A stretch of 20,000 nucleotides of DNA, from positions 188,374-208,373 of the forward strand of contig JAHCIT010000008.1 of NCBI GenBank assembly GCA_026129095.1. The letters are read 5' to 3'. The translations under genes and the position numbers were made by a program. The notes under the pieces are model-generated. The model did not search any database. It was not told the origin of the DNA and was given only the letters and a program-made list of their open reading frames with translations. Of this stretch, positions 1-7,329 are shown in pieces. Numbering within the stretch: position 1 is the stretch's first letter; every line of letters begins with the position of its first letter. This DNA is from Deltaproteobacteria bacterium. GTDB lineage: Bacteria; JAGRBM01; JAHCIT01.

Positions 1-2093
1 AGCGCCGCGTGCGCCGGCCGCGTGCGGTCGTCGCCGACCGTCAGGTATTCGTACCCCCAGTAGAAGTCGCCGAGGTCCGGGTCGTTCATCTGCTGCCAGC
101 GGGCGCCGTTGTAGGCCTCGGCGGCGGTGTTCCTGAAAACGGTCTCGAGGTAGTGGTTCGACGCCGGCGTGTAACCGTGGTCCTGGTAGATCTGCCTCAC
201 TGAGTCCGTGAACTCCTTCAGGGTCTTCCCCTGCTCGAACGCCTCGGCGCGCGCCTTCTGGACGTCCGAGACGAACTGCTCCGTCACGTCGCCCGCGATG
301 GAGAACGCCTTCCGGCGGGCGGCGTCCGCCACCGCCTTCAGCGCCTCCTGCGTCATCGGCAGCTTCGATGCGAACAGCTTCAGCGCCTCGGTGGGCACGA
401 GGTTCAGGATGTTGATGGCGATGAAGTCGAGCGCCTCCACCGGTGCGAGGCGGAACCGGCCGTCCGGCGTCCAGCCGGACCGGCGGGCTTCGTCCACCAC
501 GGAGACGCGGCCCTCAAGGCGTCCGGCAAGAACAAGCCGCTCCATGATGTCCACGAGCGGAAGCGGCGGAGCCATCCGCCAGGAGGCGAGCGACGGTAGC
601 GCCCCGGCCGACTGCACCGCCGCGTCGAAGGCATCCCTCAGTTCGCGCATCGGGTCGCCGAACGTGCGGAGCGCCCGTTCCGAGAGTTCGTCGATCCGGT
701 CGTGCCGCTCGCGGGAAAACTCGATCAGGTCGAGCCGCTCCGTCAGCGTCAGCTTTCGTGCGAACTCACGGGCGGGTCCATCTGATGGGGTCGCGGGCGG
801 ATTGTCCGGCGGGCCGCCGCCTTCTTCCGGCAGGGGCGATCCCGGCGCGGCTGGCGGGGCCGCCGCTTGAAGCACCGGTTCGCCGTCCTTCGGCGCCGGG
901 ATGCCGTAGGTCTCCCGGACGTAGCTTTCCGGAATCTCCACGCCCATTTGCTGAAGCAGGCGGTCCCGCTCGGCGAGGCTCTTCTGGTCCGCCTTCGCGT
1001 CGTAGTTGATGACGAAGCGCGGGAAACGGTCCACGTTGAAATTGAACCCGCAGATCCACGGGATGAGCTGGCCGTTGAAGACCTCCATCAGTTCCTCGCA
1101 GTCGCAGGCGGTCAGCTCCTCCTTGGTCCGAAGGTGAACCGCACCGAGCGCCTGGGTGCCGTTCCGGCCTTCGCCTGACGACAGCGTCTGTCCGATGATC
1201 GCCTGCGTGATCCCGTCGTCCAGCAGCTGGATCAGCGGGATGAATGACAGGTTTCCAGCCTTCGCCAGCTCGCTCTCCAGAAGCGTCACCTTCACGTCGC
1301 CGGGGATCGTGACGCCGGACATCTCCTCGATCTCCGCGATCACCGCTTCGAGGTCGTCGATCTGCTCGTCCGTATAGGTATCCGGGTAGGTGGCGATGCT
1401 GGTCGGGGAGCCGAACTTCTTCGACATCCGCACCCACGAATCGATCACCTGCCTCTTGAACCATGAGTACCAGTACACAAACTTCGCCTCGCCCTGGCCG
1501 TAGGGGTTGTCGTCTTCGGGCTCGTGTGTGAAGACGAGGAACTTCCGTTCCGGCAGCTCGACGCCGTTCTGAGGCTGCTCGCGGGTGAGCATCCGGAGAT
1601 GGTTCTCGTGATCGAACACGAACCGGCGCGCGGGGCGGCCGAGAATCTTTGCGGGCACGATCAGCGTCCGGCCGAGGATGTCCCGTGTCTCCCAGACGAT
1701 CTCGGCCACGGCGACGCCGGTGCCGATCCCGGCCAGCAGGTGGTTGTTGATCCGTTCCATGGGGAGCAGCAGGAGCATGGCCTCGACGGCCTCGCGGGCC
1801 TCCAGGTCGGCGGGTGTGTCTCCCGCGGGGACGATCTCCCAGGGCCGCCGGCGGGCAGAGACCCGGCGCTCACGGATGGCGGCGCGGACCTTCGGATCCT
1901 TGACCATCAGCTCCCGGTAGTGCTGGAGCGTCCGGCCTTCGTCCCGGAGCACCTCGTCGGGATTCCGCTTCACCGCGAGCCAGGCGTCGGTGCTGGCGGG
2001 ATCGGAGCGGTCCGACCCGAGTGCGCCCGGCTCGGGCTTCAGCTTCTCGCCGCCGGCGGCGAATATCCTCAGAAAAGATTCTCTCAGTCCCAT
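1..2093 (-). CDS. Portal protein (DUF935/Mu gp29-like) fused in frame to head morphogenesis protein (Mu gpF/SPP1 gp7-like); 3' end outside the window
   Basis: Not in the ORF track. ATG at 2093 with GGAGG SD (MGLRESFLRIFAAGG...). I read the frame by hand to position 3 (697 codons) without a stop. Portal motifs NPYGQG, KFGSP, IIGQTLSSGEGRNGTQALGAVH, YVRETYGIPAP; then a Pro-rich linker; then gpF motifs RKAFSIAG, YLETVFRN..AEAYNGARW, YEYLTVGDDRTRPAH. Confidence 0.9.
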   Translation of the reverse strand, partial: MGLRESFLRIFAAGGEKLKPEPGALGSDRSDPASTDAWLAVKRNPDEVLRDEGRTLQHYRELMVKDPKVRAAIRERRVSARRRPWEIVPAGDTPADLEAREAVEAMLLLLPMERINNHLLAGIGTGVAVAEIVWETRDILGRTLIVPAKILGRPARRFVFDHENHLRMLTREQPQNGVELPERKFLVFTHEPEDDNPYGQGEAKFVYWYSWFKRQVIDSWVRMSKKFGSPTSIATYPDTYTDEQIDDLEAVIAEIEEMSGVTIPGDVKVTLLESELAKAGNLSFIPLIQLLDDGITQAIIGQTLSSGEGRNGTQALGAVHLRTKEELTACDCEELMEVFNGQLIPWICGFNFNVDRFPRFVINYDAKADQKSLAERDRLLQQMGVEIPESYVRETYGIPAPKDGEPVLQAAAPPAAPGSPLPEEGGGPPDNPPATPSDGPAREFARKLTLTERLDLIEFSRERHDRIDELSERALRTFGDPMRELRDAFDAAVQSAGALPSLASWRMAPPLPLVDIMERLVLAGRLEGRVSVVDEARRSGWTPDGRFRLAPVEALDFIAINILNLVPTEALKLFASKLPMTQEALKAVADAARRKAFSIAGDVTEQFVSDVQKARAEAFEQGKTLKEFTDSVRQIYQDHGYTPASNHYLETVFRNTAAEAYNGARWQQMNDPDLGDFYWGYEYLTVGDDRTRPAHAA

Positions 2094-2115
2094 GGTTCCT
2101 CCGTGCCGACGGTGT

Positions 2116-3600
2116 TCACCGCCGCCGCGCAAACGCCTTGATCCGGCCGGCCGCCGTCCGGTGGCCGTCCATCGCCCCCGCCATGGCGTCCGGACCGTCG
2201 TCCTTCACCGAGGTGCGCGGATAGGCGAACAGCTGGTCGAGCAGGATGCGGGTATCGCCCACGTTCCGGTTCGTGAGCAGCTCGCCCCGTTCCATCACCG
2301 GGGCGGCGCGTCCGATCCGGGTCTCCTTCGCCTCGCGGGCGGTCCACATCGTGAAGGGGAGCGAGTAGCCACGGCGCTGCGCCTCGTACCGGAACGGCTC
2401 CTTATAGAGAGAGGCGAAACCGTTCGACTCGAACCGCCAGACGCCGATCTTCCGGCCGAACCGCTCGTAGATGTCGTAGTGCGCCCGGACGTATTCCTCC
2501 GGGGAATCTTTCCGGATGCGGACCTCGGCGATGTGATGGCGGCCGTCCTTCAGCGCGTCCACGACGATCACCTTGAAGTCGTTTGATCGCCCCTGACCGG
2601 CAGCCGGGTCCGAGTGGGCGGCGAGGCGGAAACCGTCCCAGCGGCCGATCAGCGCGTCGGGATAGGAGGTCTCCCACGACGGCCGGAACATCATGCCGTC
2701 CTCGTTCGGCTCCCCGTCGTACTCCTGCGCGTAGAGACGCGAACCGAGCCGGGCCAGTTCGGCGTCCAGGAACGCGGTGCTCTTGATGAGCGGTGCGATC
2801 GATTCGCCCCGTTCGTCCCGCGAACGCCAGATCCGGCATTCCCAGGCGTGCGAGAATTCCGAGTCGCCTTTTACCAGCCGCGAGAGCGCGGCGGTCTTGG
2901 ACACCAGCGTGCCCACCCAGGTGAGCGTCCAGCCCTTCGGCGACAGGGCCGGAATGACCTTCGCCATCATGTCGGTGAGCAGCGCGTTCACCCGGTCCGG
3001 GTTCCGCGCCAGTTCCTCGTCTTCAAGGTCGTCGAACACGCCGAAGTCGGGACGCTGGCCTCTGGTGACGAGGCCGCGAATCGGCTGGCTGAGTCCCAGC
3101 GCCATCAGCCGGGCGCCGCTGCGGATCGTGAAGTCGGTCTGCGTCCAGGCGCCTTCGGTCCACTGGGGGCCGTAGTCGCACAGGAGGCGCTCGTTCGCCT
3201 CGAACTCGTCGCGCACGGCCGTCACGAAGTTCGAGGCGAGGTCTTCGGTGATCGACTGGACGAAGCCGAACCGGTAGCCGGCGCACAGCATTTTCCAGAT
3301 CGGCATGCCGAACGACGTGACCGTGGATTTTCCGAAGCCGCGGGGGCCGACGGTCGCGGACGGTTTATCCCGGAGCAGCGACACGCCGATCAGCGCTCGG
3401 TGAAACTCCGACAGCTCCGTCTCGAACCAGTGAGGCAGATAGGTGCGGAGGAACCAGCCCGGGTCTTTGGCCGCCCGTTCGCGGCGGAGGCGGCATGCCT
3501 CCGGCGACACATCCTCGAACGGCAGAACCGACTGGAGCCGCTTCGCGCGGATCTCCTCCATCGCCCGGAGGTAGTCACTGATCTTCAGCTGGTGGCTCAC
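2116..3600 (-). CDS. Terminase large subunit (Mu-like)
   Basis: 494 aa; Walker A GPRGFGKST, Walker B VFDDLED, RNase H-type nuclease acidic motifs HSDPA and DDGPDAM; directly upstream of the portal; GTG start overlaps the upstream stop. Confidence 0.92.
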   Translation of the reverse strand: MSHQLKISDYLRAMEEIRAKRLQSVLPFEDVSPEACRLRRERAAKDPGWFLRTYLPHWFETELSEFHRALIGVSLLRDKPSATVGPRGFGKSTVTSFGMPIWKMLCAGYRFGFVQSITEDLASNFVTAVRDEFEANERLLCDYGPQWTEGAWTQTDFTIRSGARLMALGLSQPIRGLVTRGQRPDFGVFDDLEDEELARNPDRVNALLTDMMAKVIPALSPKGWTLTWVGTLVSKTAALSRLVKGDSEFSHAWECRIWRSRDERGESIAPLIKSTAFLDAELARLGSRLYAQEYDGEPNEDGMMFRPSWETSYPDALIGRWDGFRLAAHSDPAAGQGRSNDFKVIVVDALKDGRHHIAEVRIRKDSPEEYVRAHYDIYERFGRKIGVWRFESNGFASLYKEPFRYEAQRRGYSLPFTMWTAREAKETRIGRAAPVMERGELLTNRNVGDTRILLDQLFAYPRTSVKDDGPDAMAGAMDGHRTAAGRIKAFARRR

Positions 3601-4085
3601 CGAGAACGGATCTCCTTGTACCGGTCGATCAGCTCGCGGTTGATGCGGTCGAGGTGCTGGTCGAACCGGCGGGCGAGGTCCGTGTCATGTTTCGCCAGCA
3701 CACCGAGCACCGTGTCGAGGACTTCCCTGGAGATGCCGAGAAAATCGACGCTCCGGTCCACGCGCTGGAGAACTCCGTTCAGCTTTGCGATCCGGTCGAT
3801 CAGCGTCATGAGCCGCTCGCCGGTGTCACCGGCCGAGGCGTCCCGCTCCATTTCCGTGACCAGCACGGCGAGGGTCGCCTGGATTTTTTCGGACACGTTG
3901 ACGCTGGAGGCGATGCGGGTCTTCCGGAGGTCGTCCCACTTTTCGGCGTCACGCCACTTCCGGAGCGTGACCTCCGAAACGCCGGTGAGGTCCGCGATTT
4001 CGGAGAGCGGTTTCCCATCGTCCACATAGAAGGTGCGGGCCTTCGCTCCGGACTCCAGGTATTTGGGCCCGTTCTGGTAACTCAT
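3597..4085 (-). CDS. Putative terminase small subunit (DUF1804/Mu gp27-like HTH protein)
   Basis: ATG 4085 (MSYQNG) with GGAGGG SD; HTH LSEIADLTGVSEVTLRKWRDAEKWDDLR; coupled to the large terminase. Confidence 0.8.
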   Translation of the reverse strand: MSYQNGPKYLESGAKARTFYVDDGKPLSEIADLTGVSEVTLRKWRDAEKWDDLRKTRIASSVNVSEKIQATLAVLVTEMERDASAGDTGERLMTLIDRIAKLNGVLQRVDRSVDFLGISREVLDTVLGVLAKHDTDLARRFDQHLDRINRELIDRYKEIRSR

Positions 4086-4136
4086 CCGCCCTCCGGAGCC
4101 GCCGCGCAATCCGGCGAAGAAGCCCGTTCAGGGCGT

Positions 4137-4583
4137 TCAGGAACACCTGGAGCCGGTCCGGACGATGGCTGGCCCGTCCCCGACTGTTCCGGGCTCCAGG
4201 ACTGGGGATTCCGGCCGGATGCGGCAGCGGTCCTCGCAGGTGCGAAGGCAGTCCTCGCCGCAGGATTTCAGGCAGGGCCCATCGTAACGGCTGGCGCAGG
4301 CAGCGGGCGTGAGCCCGAGTCCGAGCGCGAACACCAGCGCCACCGAGCGGATCCGGACGTTCCGCTTCATCTGGTCCAGGAGCGGCGCGAGGTTGCCGGG
4401 CAGCGCGGCCCGGAAGGTAGCGATGCCGATGCCTTCGAGGGCCTGGGTCATTTCGGCGGAGGTGAAGATGTCGAGGGCCCCGGCGTGGTCTCCCATGAGC
4501 AGCTTCGTCACTGCCTGGAGTAAAACCAGCAGGGCCACGAGGTAGGTCCGGTATCCGGATCCGAGAGTCAGCAGTTTCAGCAC
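4137..4583 (-). CDS. Holin-like membrane protein with Cys-rich C-terminal extension (lysis cassette)
   Basis: 148 aa, GTG start with AAGGAG SD; hydrophobic segments GYRTYLVALLVLLQAV and SVALVFALGLGLTPAAC; lies between endolysin and terminase. Confidence 0.55.
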   Translation of the reverse strand: MLKLLTLGSGYRTYLVALLVLLQAVTKLLMGDHAGALDIFTSAEMTQALEGIGIATFRAALPGNLAPLLDQMKRNVRIRSVALVFALGLGLTPAACASRYDGPCLKSCGEDCLRTCEDRCRIRPESPVLEPGTVGDGPAIVRTGSRCS

Positions 4584-4600
4584 GGGGTTCTCCTTCGTGG

Positions 4601-5044
4601 TTAATGCCGTTCCGGCGGCCGGAACGGCGGTCGGACCTGGATGTGGATGTGGGCGCCCTGGCCGACATCGTGATAAAGCGCGGTGGGGTAGCGGGCGGCG
4701 GGGGAGCCGAACGGCGCGTACGGGAACTCGCGGTTCAGCTTCGTGACGAGGCTTTTGATGGTGGCGGCGTCCAGGTCACGTGTGCGGATGTCCACGGCCC
4801 GGCCGTCCTCGTGCGGCGACTTCACGGGTTCCTGCCGCCCGAGGCGGATCGCCTCGGCGCGGTATCGCGCCTGAGTCTCCGCGTCACGGAAAACGCAGGT
4901 GATCGTGAGGGTCTTGCCGCGCTCGCTTAAGTATTCGGCGGCGGCGCGAATGACAGGCTGCAGCCGCACGTCGGCCCGGAAGAGCTGGTCCTCCAGCTCC
5001 GGGACCTTGAACGCAATCGTGAACTTGGGCGCGGCACCGGCCAT
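4601..5044 (-). CDS. Endolysin, peptidase M15 (Hedgehog/DD-peptidase fold)
   Basis: 147 aa; ITCVFRD...Q, SPHEDGRAVDI (SxHxxGxAxD) and HIHIQ Zn-ligand motifs; first gene of the late operon. Confidence 0.82.
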   Translation of the reverse strand: MAGAAPKFTIAFKVPELEDQLFRADVRLQPVIRAAAEYLSERGKTLTITCVFRDAETQARYRAEAIRLGRQEPVKSPHEDGRAVDIRTRDLDAATIKSLVTKLNREFPYAPFGSPAARYPTALYHDVGQGAHIHIQVRPPFRPPERH

Positions 5045-5130
5045 GCCGCGAGGTTACGGACGGGCGGTTCCGGTTTGCGGGACTAGGGGTTGAGCCGGGG
5101 ACGTTCTAGTGGTGGAGTTTGCGGGCGTTG
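5045..5130 (-). promoter_or_regulatory. Putative late promoter (activator-dependent, probably leaderless transcript)
   Basis: Minus-strand -10-like TAACCT at 5056-5051 sits 6 nt before the endolysin ATG; no SD and no canonical -35; CCCGCAAAC occurs twice upstream (5073-5081, 5117-5125). Confidence 0.45.
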
Positions 5131-5158
5131 CCTCCCCGCAACTGCCTGATCGAGTCCA

Positions 5159-5171
5159 ATGAACTCTCCCG
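5159..5171 (+). repeat. Direct repeat B, copy 1 (ATGAACTCTCCCG)
   Basis: Exact 13-bp match to 6083-6095; both copies are preceded by TCTAGTGGT (5105-5113 and 6048-6056). Confidence 0.7.
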
Positions 5172-5191
5172 GTAGTGGGTCAGTTTGAGGA

Positions 5192-5746
5192 TTAACGGCG
5201 ATTTTTGCGCCGAGCTTCCCGCTCAGCCTTTCGTCTATCTCTGCGATCTGGTTTGTGGCCACCTGTGTTAACCGACCGCTTAGATGGGGGTTCTGGGATT
5301 ACCGGGATAATGTCGCAATATGCGCCACTGCCATCATAGATCAAACGGACAAATCGGAAAAAATCTCTCCCTAAAAGGCCATTAAATGGGCGTGGATTTG
5401 GCGGTGTGGCCATCCCAATCATCTCGGATGTAAAAGTAATTCCTCTTTTTTTGGTACCGTCCCCGACCACCAATGTGATACTCAGCAAATAGACTGGGCA
5501 GTTTTCCGGGACATGGGAGACCCCCGTCATTTCTTCAAATCGGATAGGCACAATCCCCAAAGACTCTGCAATCCCTCTGTCGATAACCGTTTTTTGTGCC
5601 CCAGTATCGACCATAAGGCGCACTTTAACGCCTCCGGCCTGGGCCGAAGCCTCCCCTGCTTGAAGGGGTCGAGTAAGAGTAACTTCTACGAGAGGCCCCT
5701 GAAGGACCAGTGAATCAGCATTGGCGCTCTGGCAACGATGCTTCAC
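5192..5746 (-). CDS. Retropepsin-like (clan AA) aspartyl protease
   Basis: 184 aa; LMVDTGAQKTVI catalytic motif and GLLGRDFF motif; basic C-terminal tail; visibly lower GC than the flanking phage genes. Confidence 0.85.
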   Translation of the reverse strand: MKHRCQSANADSLVLQGPLVEVTLTRPLQAGEASAQAGGVKVRLMVDTGAQKTVIDRGIAESLGIVPIRFEEMTGVSHVPENCPVYLLSITLVVGDGTKKRGITFTSEMIGMATPPNPRPFNGLLGRDFFRFVRLIYDGSGAYCDIIPVIPEPPSKRSVNTGGHKPDRRDRRKAEREARRKNRR

Positions 5747-6003
5747 GCGTAAGAAAGGCCGAACATTACTGCTGTGGTGACAGGTGTCGCGGCTTGTTCC
5801 ACAACGGGGCCGATAACATAGCCAGCCTCAGCCCCAAATTCTTTTAAGGCGGATTCGTAGGCGCTGCGCTCGTCATCGTGGAAGCTCTTTACCGAACCGC
5901 CGAGAAAAACCACCCATTTGCCGGGATGCGTTTTCAGGAGTTCTGGAAGCGCCTTCCTGAATTGCAGAGTTTCCTGTAAGACTTTTTCAGATGTAGTCGT
6001 CAT
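5743..6003 (-). CDS. Small DUF5678-like protein, translationally coupled to the aspartyl protease
   Basis: LPELLKTHPGKWVVFLGGSVKSFHDDERSAY pattern; stop overlaps the protease GTG (GTGA). Start ATG 6003 with GGTGG SD, or 6036. Confidence 0.7.
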   Translation of the reverse strand: MTTTSEKVLQETLQFRKALPELLKTHPGKWVVFLGGSVKSFHDDERSAYESALKEFGAEAGYVIGPVVEQAATPVTTAVMFGLSYA

Positions 6004-6082
6004 ATGGCTCACCACCGTTTTTACAATAACCATCATACGTGTCCATGTCTAGTGGTATCCCAGAAGCCCAACCAGTTCCGCG

Positions 6083-6095
6083 ATGAACTCTCCCG
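6083..6095 (+). repeat. Direct repeat B, copy 2 (ATGAACTCTCCCG)
   Basis: Exact match to 5159-5171. Confidence 0.7.
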
Positions 6096-6194
6096 CTCGC
6101 TGGACCTATGAAGAGCTTTTCGCCGCACACAGGCGAGAACCCCTCTAAACTTACTCGTCCTAATTGGTCCGCCCGAACCCCCACTAGCCTCCGG

Positions 6195-6230
6195 GTTTCA
6201 CACAGAACTCTGCGGGCGCAGTGCGTCAAA
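6195..6230 (+). repeat. Direct repeat A, copy 1 (GTTTCAC-N10-GCGGGCGCAGTGCGTCAAA)
   Basis: 19-bp exact core 6212-6230 equals 7311-7329, plus GTTTCAC at identical spacing (6195-6201 and 7294-7300). Confidence 0.85.
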
Positions 6231-6233
6231 GGT

Positions 6234-6842
6234 CTATTCGCCGGATTTCTGTGCCCGCCGGAACTCCCACGGCGGTTCAGGGCCGTCCTCGTGCCATATC
6301 CCGAGGCGGTCCGCTTTCGCAGCGGCCTCCGCCTCCTCGAGCGCCCGGTCGTCTCCCGCGTACTGCCGGTACCACCAGGCCCACCCGGAGCGCACCATCT
6401 CAATCTCCACGTCACGGCCGTCGTCGGTGGTGACGCGCCCGACGGTTCGCTGGTAGCGGTCGCGCTGCCGGGGCTCGACGATCACGGTGCCCGACGACAC
6501 CAGCGACTCCAGGAATCTCCACGCCTCCTCGCCGCCGGGCTGGCCGTCCCGGCCCCGCTTCGGCGTCTCCGGAGCATCCACTCCGCCGAGCCGAACCGTC
6601 ACGAGGATGGCGCCGGGCGGCAGGCACGCCGGCTCCACATCGAGCGTGTCTCCGTCCTTGACCTTGACTACTCGCGCCGCAAAGGACTTCGAGCCCGCCG
6701 ATACTGGCGCGTCGCAACGGCAATCCAGTGGCGCGGTCTCACTGACCGGCGCGATGCACCCCGCGAGGAGCAGGAGCGCCGCGAAGAGCGCGGTGAGCTC
6801 ACTTCGCGTGCGCGAGTCTGACGATGGCGGACGACAGCTCAT
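6234..6842 (-). CDS. Thermonuclease (staphylococcal nuclease family), predicted lipoprotein
   Basis: 202 aa; DGDT, VRLGGVDAPE, DRYQRTVG, MVRSGWAW, AEAAAKADRLGIW, PWEFR motifs; signal peptide with lipobox LLLLAGC; AAGGGG SD. Confidence 0.9.
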   Translation of the reverse strand: MSCRPPSSDSRTRSELTALFAALLLLAGCIAPVSETAPLDCRCDAPVSAGSKSFAARVVKVKDGDTLDVEPACLPPGAILVTVRLGGVDAPETPKRGRDGQPGGEEAWRFLESLVSSGTVIVEPRQRDRYQRTVGRVTTDDGRDVEIEMVRSGWAWWYRQYAGDDRALEEAEAAAKADRLGIWHEDGPEPPWEFRRAQKSGE

Positions 6843-7278
6843 CGCGGCCCCTTACCGTCTTCTCGGCCGGATCGTAATCCCACCAGAACACCGACTCGGT
6901 TCCGTTGTGCTCGACTTTCACGAAGTGTATCCAGACTGGTTTCGAGCCGGTCACACTGACGCCGGGAACCGTGTTCCGGTCAATCTCCCTCCACCCGCTC
7001 GTGACGGCGTAAACGTCCAGGATTTCCCGGAAGGTCTCCGTCCCCTGTTTCGAGGCGAGGATATTTTCCGTCGCCTGTTCGCGGGTGAGCCCGCCGGGCG
7101 CCTCCGGCCCGCACATCGCGAGCACCACGCCGATCAGGACCCCAAGCACGATGATGCCGAGGCACCCCTTGCCGAGCTTTCGACCCTGCGCTTCAAGCTC
7201 GGCCTGCTTCGCCGCCTTCTGCTCCTCGATCCGGACCCGCTCCTCGTCCCTGATCCGCTGCTCTTCTTCCGGTGTCAT
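6799..7278 (-). CDS. Single-pass membrane protein of unknown function (prophage accessory)
   Basis: ATG 7278 (MTPEEE) with GGAGGGG SD; charged N-terminus, TM segment GCLGIIVLGVLIGVVLAMC, soluble C-terminal domain; directly downstream of the repressor. Confidence 0.75.
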   Translation of the reverse strand: MTPEEEQRIRDEERVRIEEQKAAKQAELEAQGRKLGKGCLGIIVLGVLIGVVLAMCGPEAPGGLTREQATENILASKQGTETFREILDVYAVTSGWREIDRNTVPGVSVTGSKPVWIHFVKVEHNGTESVFWWDYDPAEKTVRGRDELSSAIVRLAHAK

Positions 7279-7293
7279 TGTCACCCCTCCCAC

Positions 7294-7329
7294 GTTTCAC
7301 GCGCCCCGGCGCGGGCGCAGTGCGTCAAA
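7294..7329 (+). repeat. Direct repeat A, copy 2 (overlaps the repressor stop codon)
   Basis: Matches 6195-6230; the TCA at 7325-7327 is the repressor TGA. Confidence 0.85.

Noticed and set aside
766-1464. 232-aa minus-strand ORF in the track
   Set aside because: Out-of-frame shadow inside the portal-gpF gene; the real frame carries the conserved motifs.
2614-4029. Long plus-strand ORF (471 aa) and similar ones (208-870, 1524-2141, 3654-4523)
   Set aside because: Antisense shadows of the terminase and portal genes, expected in high-GC DNA; no motifs.
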